A stretch of 63,855 nucleotides of DNA, filler included, from Sphacelaria rigidula (lineage: Eukaryota): assembly GCA_964200075.2 (NCBI GenBank). It is 8 parts of 8 records of this genome, joined end to end, with 100 filler letters (N's around TTAATTAATTAA, not from the genome) between each part and the next. Parts side by side here need not be neighbours in the genome. Positions count along the whole stretch, not along the records: positions 31,980 to 39,873 come from CAXNAA020013074.1; positions 39,974 to 47,867 come from CAXNAA020013075.1; positions 47,968 to 55,861 come from CAXNAA020013076.1; 5 more parts are not named here. One strand, 5' to 3'. This document shows, one piece after another, positions 37,454 through 50,441 of the stretch. The notes beneath the pieces were generated by a model. The model had not been told where the DNA came from. It ran no database searches and saw nothing but the letters and a program-made list of their open reading frames with translations. The translations under genes were made by a program, and so were the position numbers. How positions within the stretch are numbered: position 1 is the stretch's first letter; each line of letters opens with the position of its first letter.

Positions 37454-37866
37454 TGTGCAGATTATGTGTTGGACATAGACCTCATACCTGGATTCGCAGG
37501 CATGTAGTCAACCAGCCTGGTAGGAGCCAGTGCGGTTCAGTACGAAGTACAAGCAGGAACGGTCCGGGAACCAGTACTGTAGCCAGTGCTCAGTCTAGGT
37601 AGAACGGCTCCGCGGCTCTACATTGTAAGCGCTACAGTTGGGGTTTAGGGCTGAGATTCAGAGAGCGAAGGTTCAGATAGAGCTGTACACCAGCGGGTGA
37701 CGTCTGAATGAGTAATGAAAAGCATGGCAATGCAGCGCCCCACTCGGGTACGTCGTCTGCTCAACCCATCAAGATCTCTCGTGACAATTACCTTGCTCCG
37801 CTATAAAACGGTGCACTGCGAGGGAGCGCGCCACGGCCATACCAAACAACACCTCACAAGTGCACA
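37454..37866 (+). repeat. 3' LTR of the copia element
   Basis: TGTGCA...TGCACA; preceded by the PPT. Confidence 0.92.
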
Positions 37867-38023
37867 GGTTCGTGAGCCAACTCCTCCGTCGGAGCACGCC
37901 TATGGGAGGGCTCACGCAAAGAACGGGAGCCGCATCACCTTTTTCGGGGGGGAAGCCGACGCGCCCGCGCACTGTCCCCCCCCCGGCAATTGAGATCCGG
38001 GGGAGGGGGACGCGGGTCGCGGC

Positions 38024-38278
38024 GATTTTATGCTACGTTAGGGGTGCACAAATATTTTTCAAGGTTAGAATTGTCATGAGTCCTTCATCTCATCCAAAAT
38101 ACGACGTATGAAATGTGTGGGAGTACGCCCGGATTACTCTTCCAATGCGCTAGGGGTATCCCGAATGAACTTGCAGCGGGGATGCCCTGACCCATATTCT
38201 TGTGCATTCAAAATGTTTAGGAGCCCCCGAACCACCCAAGGTTGTGCGCAAAAAGTGCACTCTACCGTAGCATTGCTC
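38024..38278. mobile_element. Sola2-like MITE copy
   Basis: atgctacgttaggggtgcac / gtgcactctaccgtagcattgctc; internal sequence matches 1627-1883. Confidence 0.65.
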
Positions 38279-39873
38279 TGGAAAACGAAATTTTGAGCAG
38301 AGATTGGGGTTAGGGCTCAAGAAACACCGAGGCCACGACGAGCACGCGTTTTCAACTAATTTTACACACTGTATCGCGCAACATATTCTAGGGGAAACGA
38401 CCGGCGAAAGCTAATAATGTCGCACAAAATATGTTCATAGTGACGGCCTGGTGCATGCACGATAATGTCAACGCGGAGATATTGAAAACAGATGCATTAC
38501 GGGCCCGAGTCGTGCTGCGCACTTCGTCGTCCTGCGGTCCACCCGATGTACCGGCATCTCTGCGCATGCATATCGAGCTGTCACCATAGGTTTACATGGC
38601 GCCCAAACCTCCACCAATGTGATCGCACTATAATATTATACCAAGCGGTCGGTACCCCGTACGCGCGTCTATATATAGCTTACCTCGAGGAACGCATTGA
38701 CGCAGGTCCACAGTGTACTGCACTACCTCCAGAGAACACAGTTCCTGCCGCTTCTTGAAACTACGTGCAATCCACCCGCCAGCACAACACCCGCCCCTGC
38801 GCACGACCTCACATTGTCGTACAAAGTCTCGAAATCTACCATAATACATACAAGTACATACAGTAGTAGGTTCTCATGGTGCAACTTCCGCCTGAAAATA
38901 TACGGATATTCCAGGTGAGGGTTTAACGAAAGTTGTGGAAGTCGTGAGACCCCTGGTGACGGTAGGAACCGTCGAAGGTGGCCGATGATTTCCCACGGGT
39001 TATGTAGTTAAGGATTGACCATAAGTCGCGGGGTTGAGGCAAGGGTGAATCACTCTGGAAAGCTCGACGAGCGCGAGCGAGTCAGCCCGGAGACGAGCCG
39101 AAGTCAAGAGTGATCTCCAGGGATAGCCAGCAGTTCGCTGGGAAGATCCCGGTCACCTTGGGGTCCCAGATCCGGCTGTACAGATATGGGAGTTTTGGGG
39201 CTCCTGCGAGAACTACCCCTGCAACAGTCGTTCACTAAGTTACACGTCACGAAAGGAAATCTCTCCGCACATGCCCAAATGGCGATCTCCACAAAGTATC
39301 ATGTTGCGTCAAGCCAATATCAAGGACGTATTATGGCGACGCCTTATGAACATACATGAATGTACAGTAGTCGTAGTAGTAGAGCCACATACTTTCGATT
39401 CCACCGTGTTATTTTTTGCTCGGTGTGTATACATGTTCGATTGTAGTGTCAGGAAGCTCTTGTCTACTGCGCCAAATCCCGTCGTAGAACTTCTGAACAT
39501 CATGATGCGAGTACTTGCTTGTTTCTCAACGTGAAATACACAAGGCACGCACACGCAGCAGCGGTCGGATAGCATTCCTCCATGTCCATAATAATAATAT
39601 TTGCAGTTGGTCAACGGGATCCTAGAGTTGGGGGCTACACAAGAATTTTAAGCATGTTGATTAATTAATTGATTAATTAAAGATTGATTGAGGATGGATG
39701 GTTGGATGGTTGGTTGGTTGGATTTTAGTTTTTGGACAAGGAAAGGACAATATGGCGCTGAATGGCTGCCCTGTGTCTACATGTAACAGCCGATTTTAAA
39801 TTTTGGGGTTCAACACTAAAATGGGGCTGAAGTCGCATTTCTCTATTGCAGGGAAGATACGAAAGAGTAACAC

Positions 39874-39973
39874 NNNNNNNNNNNNNNNNNNNNNNNNNNN
39901 NNNNNNNNNNNNNNNNNTTAATTAATTAANNNNNNNNNNNNNNNNNNNNNNNNNNNNNNNNNNNNNNNNNNNN
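39874..39973. other. Artificial contig linker
   Basis: Same cassette. Confidence 0.98.
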
Positions 39974-42900
39974 TGACGGTAACGAGGAGGGAAAACAAGG
40001 AACTATGACCTCCCTCGGGTTCTGATCAAGTAGCATCGTCATGGACTAAACAGTCGAAAACAGAACTCACACGTCACGCACTGACTGTCCTCGGCTGGCG
40101 AAGGGTGTCGAGTCACCCAACGGAAAAGGGATGGAAGCAAGCTTGTGTTCACCCCCAAGAAGTAATACACACCTTACAAATTTACAGCTGACGTCAAAGC
40201 ACGCCAGGTTACAGCGAGACAAGGTAGAGACGCGTGCCGATGCACAGTGCACACGTACGCAGCGACAGCAATCCCTCAGCTCGAGAGAACTGCCGACCGC
40301 GTGGCCATGACCCCCTCTTGTGTGTAAGTACCTGGCAACAACAGACGGTAGACAGTTGCAGGCCCAACCGAAACACTGCACAACCCGAAGAGGCAAACAT
40401 TTCCGTGTAAGGACCATCGTCTGCTGCGAAAAAGAAAGGGTGTGCATGCAGTGCCCACCGGGACTCAGAAAGTGCTTGTGTGCGTGTTTGATTTACTCAT
40501 CCTGGGCAGTGACATGTTATACTGGTACTGCTAATGTTCCTGGTGGGATGGCGGTGCGTTCTGTTTTCGACTACAGTATCTGTGTTCTAGCTCCGCCGTG
40601 ATTTATTTTCTCGTCCACGTCGAAGCTATGGAACAGCCGCGTGATCGTGGGTAGTGGGTAGAGCCCTTTACGGGTTTGGATGGTGGTGGTCGCGATGACC
40701 AAACAAGGCTACCAATATTTAGCGGCCAGCCGCCGAAAGGTAACATAGAATATGATGACGTGTGCATGTTAAGGGGCTGGCAAGAAACCTGCGGTCAGGC
40801 ACGTAAATGGCCCGAAACCGATGAAAGCCAAATTGAGTTGTCATTGACAGGTACACCGCGCATGCCTTTCGCCAGAATCCGTTGGCGACGTGATTTGGGT
40901 GATCAGGCGGCTGCATTTATTGTATTCCTGAAGTGAATTTTCAGTTATTCCGATTTTTGGCGATTGCCCAGAACATTTCCACAAGTCTTTGTCTAGGTCT
41001 CATGGCTCTGTCACCCTCGCGACACCACAAGAGGGCCATTCTGTATGCCCTCTCGGCAGGAGGTCCCCAGGTTCCTTTCCCGGTCCCCGTCAACGAGACA
41101 TAACAAAGGGCAGACAGCAGATCCAGGTACACCGGAACGTTTCACGCCCACAATCAGGTACACGCTGTACCGCAATACAAACGCCTGACTTCGCGGCTGT
41201 GTTGTTGGCCGAAATCGCCACATACCTGCTCGTAGCACGAAAGGCCACAGGTGCGCCTGAGTTTTATTTTCTCGAAAGCTATACCCGAATGTCCCACTAC
41301 AACTTATCCTGGCGGAATCGTTGCCTACTTGTGGTGAAGTCCGAGAAAGATGAAATGTCATATTTCCGCTCTCTTAACGCTTGGACAGCGACCCCTCGCA
41401 GGTGAGTTGAATTGGACTATCCCACATTTAGGGTTCAGAACAGCTCTTTTCTTGCTACACAAAGCGCCTTTTTCACGAACATGTGGATGTTTGGCATCTA
41501 AATAGAAAAATAGTCCCGGAGAACCCCTCACCAGTTTTGACCCTGCAGACTATTGCGTGCTGTCAGTATGTGTACTGTATGTCTTGGCTCGATACGGCAG
41601 CAAGAGACAGTAAGCGTGTCATCGCTCTCCACTGAACATAGTCTACTGCATGCTGCTGATGTCTCTGCTTAGTGTTCCACAATATAAGAGGGATCAGGCA
41701 TGCGGCATAGACCACGAGCAGAATCAGAATCACGTCATTTGTGCCGGTGTAATCTATGGTTGAATTGCTATGGGCAAAATGATAATTACGGCTATTACAG
41801 ACAGCGAACGAAGTAGCCCACTTGTAGTCCGCCTGTAGGGGAATACAGTTATCGTTTTGAAAGCCGTGATGGGTCAGAATGCTCATTCCACACCTCTCAG
41901 GCCTCGTTCCTGGCTTATAAATCTCCCCTGGAAACATCCGAACACACATGGTTGACCCCGCCCCTAAAAAATCACCCCCCCCCCCGCCCCCTGGAAACCG
42001 ACGGATTTCTCCGGACTGAGAGCCCATGAAACTACAATATTCCGAGGCGACGGTCGTTGTTTAACGGTCAACTGTTGAAAACCTGCGATGGTCGTACGTT
42101 TTCAAACTCTTCCCACAGGGTACACTCGTCCAAACGCACAGTATGTGTCCCTGTCTCCGAACGAATCCGGCTCTTGCTCTGAGAGGTTCGACGACCGAGT
42201 TTGCCCACGGCAGGCAATCAATTCTCGGACGAACAGAATCGGGAGCAACAAGTGCCAACAAGGAAAGCTCATGCACGCTTGAGCCCTGAAAGAGTCGTGC
42301 ACGCAAAAACGCTGCGGCCAATGATAAAAACTTATCGAGGCGGGAAAACAGGCGGTAAGATAGCTCTACTACTAGTGTCGCCGATCGCAATCGCTTGTGC
42401 AGCGTACAACGTTCGTATAGTAGTAACCATTCGAACGCCTTCCGGTTGAACGTAACTTTTGCGATATTTTCGGTCGTGGTTACTCATCCGTGACCCATGA
42501 CGGTAAACGTTTTATGCCATACGTTGGGAAGGAAGAGACATCAGTGCCTGGACATAATTCGGGAAGAAATATCATTTCCATGATGAATGTTGAACGACTC
42601 ATAGGCTAACCGATGGTTGGGGGTCCTGTGAGCACATAGCCCCAGGTTCTGGCTCTGGACACATTCGTTCGATCAACTCAATCCTGATCATTGTGGTTAC
42701 TAATGGCCCAAAATCAGTTTTTGCAATTCCCAGGTAGTTTTACCGCTACAGCCGAAGGAACGTATTCTTGAACTACACTACGGTTGATAACACCCGTCAC
42801 GAGAACGGGGTTTCTCCCCGTGTTGCCCTGACAAAACGAAGTTGGGCACTTTTCCCCGTGATCACCCTTTCGTTCTTACAATATCTTCAGATCTCAGAGC

Positions 42901-44077
42901 TTTCGAGTGAGGATGAATAGTGAAGTTCGTGACATTTTTTCACCTCAGTTAATAATCTCTTTGAACGGTGACCACTGTACGCATAAAATATGGCACAACA
43001 GTGTACCATCATGCATTACACAGTAACACCACTAGACGTGTGGCACACGCACACCCCATCACTGGTGTTACGGCGGAAGGATGTCTGGGGGTCATGTACC
43101 AAAATGACACTGTCTCACACCCGAAACCCACAGTATGTTCTGACGAAAATTCTTCCCTCTTGGACTATGCTCTGTGCGGCATAGGTCATCCGCAACTCAA
43201 TGCCATGACGCAACAGAAGACAAGACCGATGGGGCGGGGACTGGATGACCCAACTGACACTACCGACAGTGCAGTGCTGTACGATACACTACTTCCCGTG
43301 TTTAGTGTATGCCTGACTGCCTCGTGTACGGCACTGTACTGTGCCGTATTGTCTGCGTACATTCGCACGTACGTGGTACGTGGTACGCTGTACAAGCGCT
43401 TTCCATCGACGACACTGCTGAAAGAGCTTTTTGACCGCCTCCTTTTCCGTCTCGATAGGCCTCGTCGGCTATAGGGCTTTGGCCTGCAGCTCTTCATCGC
43501 TGGCACTCGTCGCGCCCGGGTTCTGTTGGGTTGCCTACCCGTGGGCAAACTCGGTAGCCGAACCGTCGTACGGGAGGGTCGGAGTTGGTCAAGATCGAAA
43601 CACGTGTCGTACCTCACGACCGATGTACGTCTTGGGAAAAGTTGGAAAGTATACAACAATCGCAGTTTCGTCGATGATAGAATGGCGGAAATATGATTTT
43701 TCCAGCTCCTTGAAGTATGCCCTTGACCGGTGATCTATCTAGAAGCAGGGACACTATTTCGCCCGGCTATGTGCCACATGTGTTATCGTATGGCCAAGTA
43801 CAAGAAGCGGTGGAGTCGATGAAATTGATGAAGGACGGAATCACGGAGATGATGGTGGACAGGTGTTGACGGCCTTGATGTGCATCCAGGAAAGCCGACT
43901 TGGTCTTACCCGGTACTGCGAACAAACTGGTGACGGCTATTCTTCCAAACTGGCGAAGTAAATGCACCTGTTTCAAACTGAAGTGATTTTCCATTTTGGC
44001 ACACGGAATGCGCATAGAACTCACGTGTACTGCCACTGCCCACAGAAGTAGGACCTCCTGATGGCGATAGTTTAAGC

Positions 44078-44302
44078 GGGTGATGCTAAGGTAGGGGTAC
44101 ACAAATACTTTCCGTGGTCTGAATTGTTCGGAGCCCTTCATCTCATCCAAAACACGACTTATGAAAATATGCTGGAGATATCCCGAATAAATCTGCAAAC
44201 GGGGATGCCCTGACCCATATTCTTGTGCGTCTAGGATCGTTAGGAGCCCCTGCACCAGACAAGATTTCGCGAAAAAAGTGCACCTCTACCGTAGCATTGC
44301 TC
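44078..44302. mobile_element. Sola2-like MITE copy
   Basis: GGGTGATGCTAAGGTAGGGGTACAC / GTGCACCTCTACCGTAGCATTGCTC; flanks aagc/aagt. Confidence 0.7.
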
Positions 44303-45460
44303 AAGTCCAAGATGATATCAATGATCTTGCACGAGAAAACGATATTTGCTGATCTCACCCCGTTCCAGCTCCGATTTTGCACAGAAGAGGTGTATCACGG
44401 AGAATGGGGGCACTCATAGCTGTGCACCTCATCTGTACAGAGAAAATACAGTTTATTGCAAAGGATGTAGAGGATGCTCACAGAAAGCGACTAAACGGTT
44501 GCGTAGTGCGTGGCTCCTGCGGGGGAATCGAAATCCCCTCGGCCCCGTGCTAAGTTGCGTTCTACATATTTGCTGTCTTACCGCATGAAGTGGTCATCCT
44601 GTCGCACATTTGGTGCTGACATGGAGTCAATCTGTCTACATTTCGCGTTTTCGCGTGTAAGATGGCACAAATCCCCTTCACTCTGTGGGATACGGCTCAT
44701 AGCATCTGCAGCACTGTCCGTCTTCTCTCGCGTCATCTCATTGACGACATGGACATGATTCCACCAAACCCTCTTCAACGGACCGCCCATAATCCCTATA
44801 TGACCTCAACTTATTCGATGTCTCAGATGAAATTTGAAGCGCGAGATTCCTGCATTTAATGTCAGCACGGGGGTGTGAAGAAAGCAGATGCGGTGTCCAG
44901 CCGCGACTTGAAAAACATCATGTGTGGGAGTCGAGCGAGTCTTGACAATTTATCCAACTTCAATCAAGGCCTCTAGTCAAAGACTTCCCCTCCATCATTG
45001 ACATCCCCTCCATCATCTCACAACGCCTTGAAGCTGGTGTGCCACGGGGGAGGGGGTTAGGGAATCGATCAGAGTGGTTGCGATGTAGTATCTTACAGGG
45101 GTGAGGAGGAAAGTTTCGAAACGTTTCGGAGCAGAATGCAAGCAGGGCGAGGGAATGCGTATTTGATCACTGCTGCATTGCGGAGGCCCTTGGAAATGCA
45201 AAATACGTTTATGCGAATGAAGGGCCGGTTTACTGGAAGACCGAGGGAGGTTGATGTACTACGAGGCTAAGTCTCGGGCATTATATTGTGTGCACGTGGG
45301 ACTGTTCCTTCGCCCGAGAGAATATTTTTCAAGTAGCATGTTTGTTTCTTGTGAGGAGCGATCTCTCATTATCGTGCAAGTCCGTTCCGGGTGGCACGCA
45401 GAAAGTGACGATATTCGTCCTCGGTACTGCATGCCATTCCTTTTACCCGAAGTGCCGAAG

Positions 45461-46388
45461 ATGATGCTTCCTCACTTGCTAACTGGACCACGTCGTATTT
45501 GCCGTTCCGTCAACTGGTCACGTTCGTTTACCAGAAGTACGCGCTTATTAGGATTGGGACAACGAGTCTGTTTGAGCGATGCCGCAGAGACCAAGGAAGA
45601 AGCAATGGCAGCGTTACTCAAGTAAGCGCAAACAACCGGTTGGGCTGGTTACCTCGGGTTAACTCATCACACTCGACGCGTTCGGTTACCTGTAAAATGG
45701 GGGTGGTCTGAGGTCGGAAGTTCTTGCCCAGCGCAACCGTACCCGGTCACTCGCACAGCTCTTCGTGTGCTGCTCACTTGCGGTTCTGAAATTTCCATGG
45801 CTGACCATTCATCTTCGACCGTCCCGTCTTATGAAATGGAAACGGTTTTGTGCGGCTGCACGACACTATATATATATTGGGATTGCCGGCCAGAGATGTG
45901 AGAAAATTGCCACACCGGATCAGTGGAGGGCGACTTTCGCCCATGGTTCGTGTACCATGTCTACAGTAGATGATGCCTGCCGCACGACACCAAGAAAAGC
46001 ATGCTTGAACTATGACGACACTTTTGAAACCTCGTGTGCGTTAACGTATATAGATGGTGCACACACTGTAGGAGCATACTTCGTATATGCGATCGTCGCC
46101 ATCCAAACATCCACGATCTCTCTATTTGCCACTTTGCCGACACCACGATCATTCTTTACTTACCGCTGTGCTACTCGTGCTTCCATGTGCAGATCAAAAG
46201 TTGAAGCATCGAAAGCTATTGTCCAAGACATTTCGGGGGGGTGTGGTTCTATGTACAAGATCGAGGTTGAATCACCGTTGTTTCACGGACAGGGACTTGT
46301 GGCTCAACATCGATTAGTCAAGGATGCGCTCAAGACCGAGATCGCAGATATGCATGGACTCACGCTGCACACAAGACCTCCTGCCTGA
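45461..46388 (+). CDS. BOLA3: BolA-family protein (BolA3 type, probably mitochondrial); exons 45461-45621 and 46193-46388
   Basis: Phase-2 intron 45622-46192 (GTAAG...TGCAG) gives 118 aa with an Arg/Ser-rich transit-peptide-like N-terminus, DISGGCGSMY, F.G..LV.QHRLV..AL..EI..MHGL..T motifs and a TGA stop; alternative ATG at 45431. Confidence 0.9.
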
Positions 46389-47867
46389 ATGATACGGAGA
46401 AGCTTTGTACAGAGACGAAATTGGGATGCCGAGGACGTTGTCGTAGGCGGAATGTCGGCGATGTTGCGGGCAGCCAGCTGGCGATGACTTCGTTGCCGAG
46501 AACTTATATGACTGCTATTATTGAAATTGGAGACCTTGTGCGGGCAGGTGGGCGTCCGCAGTACCCGTTGAGCCCGCACCCAAGTGTTCCAGTGCCGCAT
46601 CTGCCGCACCGCCGCCAAGCTCACTGGTTTCAGCAAACGTACGCAGTCGTTGATGGACGATGTGGTCCGTGCAGTCTAGCCCGTGAGTACTGAAGTCAAG
46701 AATATGTATTGCCAATGGAGGTTGGGGGTCTACTTACAACACAAAAACTTGAGTGAGCTTGAGAGGAACGTGTCGACTCATGACTCGAGTTTGAGAAGCA
46801 ACAATCTCAAGAATGGAAACAAAATGAAGGCCATATTTGGACTTTCTGCTGGTTCGATAACAGTTTTCAAACGTCACCGTGTGATGATGCCGTTCATCAT
46901 GTCACAGGCTGTACAACTGGAATCGAAAATAATGCGCTTGTCTAAGATATTCTCCACTTTGCAGAGTTCACTCGTCATTTCGTTTCAATACAAAACCGTC
47001 GTATCTCTACGAAAGCTATACGAGCTGGGCCAGCCTTCAAACGGATTTAAGCTCTCAAAGCAATATCTCATCGACACAGACGAGTAGGGCCTTGATCGAC
47101 ATATCGTATTAATCGTCTAATCAAGGGGAAGGTGCACATCTGCTTAAAGTTTTGGGCCCATATTTCTTGTTGATTAAACCCATGTCTAGTAATTCCTATA
47201 CCTAAGGGAGATAGCGCCTATACTGAAATCTCTTTTGAACCCCCGATCGATGCATTTAGCGGATGACAACAAATATAGGTGTGGACATTCTCTGGAGCAA
47301 GGGGATACCACAGATACTTCACCTAATTCGTCATCTATCCCGAGATATGGCGCACATAAGTTTCTATACTAGAATCAATATAATACGAGCAGAGGCACTA
47401 GATGCTCTGAATCTGGATATCGCGTCTCAGTTTTTGAGAGTTCCGTAGAAATTCGTGTGGTAAACCGCTAGTGCATAATAGAAATAAATAAAAACAGCTT
47501 GTTACCTCTTCAACTTTTTTTTCATTTTTTTTTCATTTTTGTCGTGTTTTTAGTGGAGTTGTGAGGAGAAATGTACATCGCTGTTGGGCCTTAGATCAAT
47601 GTTCAAGCTCCAGTTTTAGAATTTTGATCTAAAAGTTAGCGTGGAGGACCACAAAAGAGTGCCGGATAGAATAAAAAATGCACCTTTTTTTTCTTCATAG
47701 AGGTTAGGGCGTTATCGTGAAGAAATGGTTTTCACTATACCAAAACGCCCTCAACCAGTGGAAAAATGACTTGAAAAAATCTAGACTGCTGAGTTTTGTT
47801 AATTATGCGCTGACGAGGGCCCACACAAAATTTCAATACACAACAACCAAACGTGGGCCGGTGAGTG

Positions 47868-47967
47868 NNNNNNNNNNNNNNNNNNNNNNNNNNNNNNNNN
47901 NNNNNNNNNNNTTAATTAATTAANNNNNNNNNNNNNNNNNNNNNNNNNNNNNNNNNNNNNNNNNNNN
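47868..47967. other. Artificial contig linker
   Basis: Same cassette. Confidence 0.98.
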
Positions 47968-48566
47968 CTCCGCCATGGCTGTATTGAGAACCAGTTTCGC
48001 GGTGAGGTTGTCAAACAGTACTAGTGCAGTGCGTCGTTTCTTTTAATTTAGAACCTGCATCAGCTGTAGTTTGAATATCCCTCCTGACGGTCCCAACCGG
48101 GGTCTGATCCAGGGGCGGAAAGCGATGGCACCCTCTCCCTCAGATAGAATTTGTGACCTCTGTGGGGGTATTTGGGGGAAATCGCTCGGAATGAAACATG
48201 TAGAATAGTATTCAGGGGTATCATGATACATCTTTCCCTGATCAAAATTGATCCTTGCTTTAACGCTTTATACCCGTTACAATGAACGACTGCTTTACAA
48301 GAAAACCATCCGTAATTTCAGGACTTCCCCTGGGGTCTAATCCCAACGCTGAGGTGGTCACAAATTCTATCTGAGGGAGAGGGTGCCATCGCTTTCCGCC
48401 CCTGGATCAGACCCCGGTTGGGACCGTCAGGAGGGATATTCAAACTACAGCTGATGCAGGTTCTAAATTAAAAGAAACGACTCGGATTTCGCAAGCGCGT
48501 TGCACTGCACTAGTACTGTTCGACAACCTCACCGCGAAACTGGTTCTCAATACAGCCATGGCGGAG
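47968..48566. repeat. Long near-perfect inverted repeat (arms 47968-48158 and 48356-48566)
   Basis: Arms are reverse complements except for one ~20-bp indel and one visible substitution; ~200-bp spacer; left arm runs off the contig start. Confidence 0.9.
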
Positions 48567-50131
48567 GTGGCCATACAAGGCGTGATACCTGGTTCAGACT
48601 GGGTGAAGCGCCTCGCATGGGCACTACTGGCGAAACAACCCCAAGCGTGGGACCAACCTTTACCCCTGTCGTGTGTGTCTGCAGCTTTATTGTGGGTCAT
48701 CCATTTTATCGACTGTACTTTAGTGATGCTGTACTCTGGTGATGGTATATCTCAGCAGACTGCTGGTTGATGCTGCGTTTCAAAGATCGCCGGCGTCTGT
48801 CCCCGAATTGGATCGTTTCGCTGACGGCGGTCGTCGCCGGCGCAACAGTATGAAGTCTCTCCCAGATTCTCAACAAGAGGCGCTCGAAAACTCGATGAAT
48901 GGCTAGTTCAAAGAAGTATGTTTTCAGCATGCTTTTTGTTACGTCTTCCATAGCGCTTAGACGCAGGTCCTGCTAAAAGAATGCAGGACAACGAATGACG
49001 GCGTTTTTTCTGTTGGAGTGCTCATCATCATGCTTGCGCTGCCGCGCAGAAACTTCTGGGTTAGTTAGGGTTACATGGTCGAAACCGGTTGTGAATCTCG
49101 AGCCTTTTGAACAAAACAAATGAAATTTCGATGGTCCGTTGAACCTCACCCAAATGTTGAGCCTCAAAAACGAATCCAGGCTATGAGATATCTGTATCCG
49201 CTCCACATTCCAAGAAAAAAGAAATCATCTGTACTCAATATTGAGTGACTTACCGGCTGACCGGTCATGGGTGGTCCTGCCACGTTTCAGCCCAGATTCT
49301 CACTCTCCTGTATTTTCGGTCGATCGAGCCTCCCCTGATCATATTTTTGAAGGAATGTGCAGTTTTATTTTTTCAAAACTCTGCCTACCCACTGCACTAG
49401 GGCCGAAAAGCTGTGCTTGACGGTCAATAACTGCCGTGGTATTCAGTAGCAAGCAAGCCACACCCCAAGGTAGATGAGAATGTGACCCACTGGTCCTATT
49501 TTCGACTCGTTAACTTAAGCAGTAGGGTTCTCTCGCACACGGCACTCGTCAACAGCAGACAGCTGTTATTGAAAGTAAGCCCCGAGCTCTTCCGTAAAAG
49601 GGAAAACCCAAAAGATACAAAGGGGTTATGATATACGTTACTCACTTCTTGAAAACGGCTTGCCGGCCAGAAGGTGAGGCGCCGCGCAGAGCAGATGAAA
49701 AGCTGGTGGTCCTTCTTGTGATTAGTTCTATGGTAAGTCTTTCTCTGGCAGGTGGTTCGCAAGTGGCGGGAGGTGGGGGGTAGCCGCTATGGTCCGCTAT
49801 TCCGTCCTCCTACCTCGCTTACAATTTGCCCTAATACCAACTCATGACGGCGCGTGCCTTGGGCGGGCGCGTGCCCCATACAGCCAATCCGATACAAGCA
49901 ATCCAACTACAAAATCAGCCTGACGTGCCATGCTGTGGCCAGTCAAAGCGCCCGTGGAAACGTGCCTAGTTGCACAGCCGAGAATGCATGGACCAGTCCA
50001 GAGATTCCTCAAGACGGGTCCAAAAACACACCACTTACATATTTACTTTACAAGCACACATTCGACTGGAATCTCTTCATACCCGCCGGTCGTTTCTGGG
50101 GGCTCTCTGCAAATCTCAAAGAACTAGTTTA

Positions 50132-50380
50132 GACACTTTCTACGATAGCCCCCCCCCCCAAAACCAGCTAAAAGTGTCACGAAGAAAATGGCCATACAGC
50201 GCCTGCTTTTCGGGTTCAGGCTGTATGAAGCGCCTCATATTGGCGACATTGGCTAGAATGAATCCAAGCGTGGGAATCTCCAGCTTCTCGTTGTGCTCGG
50301 CTTTTCCCATTTCGATTTAAGCGAAGATTTTACCTCCCGAAACCATGCACTTTTTGGGGGGGGCTATCGTAGAAAGTGTC
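50132..50380. mobile_element. 249-bp MITE with 4-bp TTTA TSD
   Basis: GACACTTTCTACGATAGCCCCCCCC / GGGGGGGGCTATCGTAGAAAGTGTC, flanked by TTTA on both sides. Confidence 0.85.
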
Positions 50381-50441
50381 TTTAATTTAGGCACTGTTAT
50401 TTACCATCACATTAGCCCACCCTGGATCGTTCAAGTGCAGT

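Larger units (their letters stand above)
32840..37866 (+). mobile_element. Full-length Ty1/copia LTR retrotransposon (disabled)
   Basis: Two ~412-bp near-identical LTRs, PBS-like 12-mer, GGGGGAG PPT at 37447-37453, domain order gag-PR-IN-RT-RH. Confidence 0.96.

Noticed and set aside
39661..39680. Another linker-like TTAATTAATT run
   Set aside because: Not flanked by Ns; a natural low-complexity tract next to (GGAT/GGTT)n
44582..44849. Minus-strand exon divergent from BolA (AG...GTAAG bounded)
   Set aside because: All three frames contain stops between the candidate splice sites
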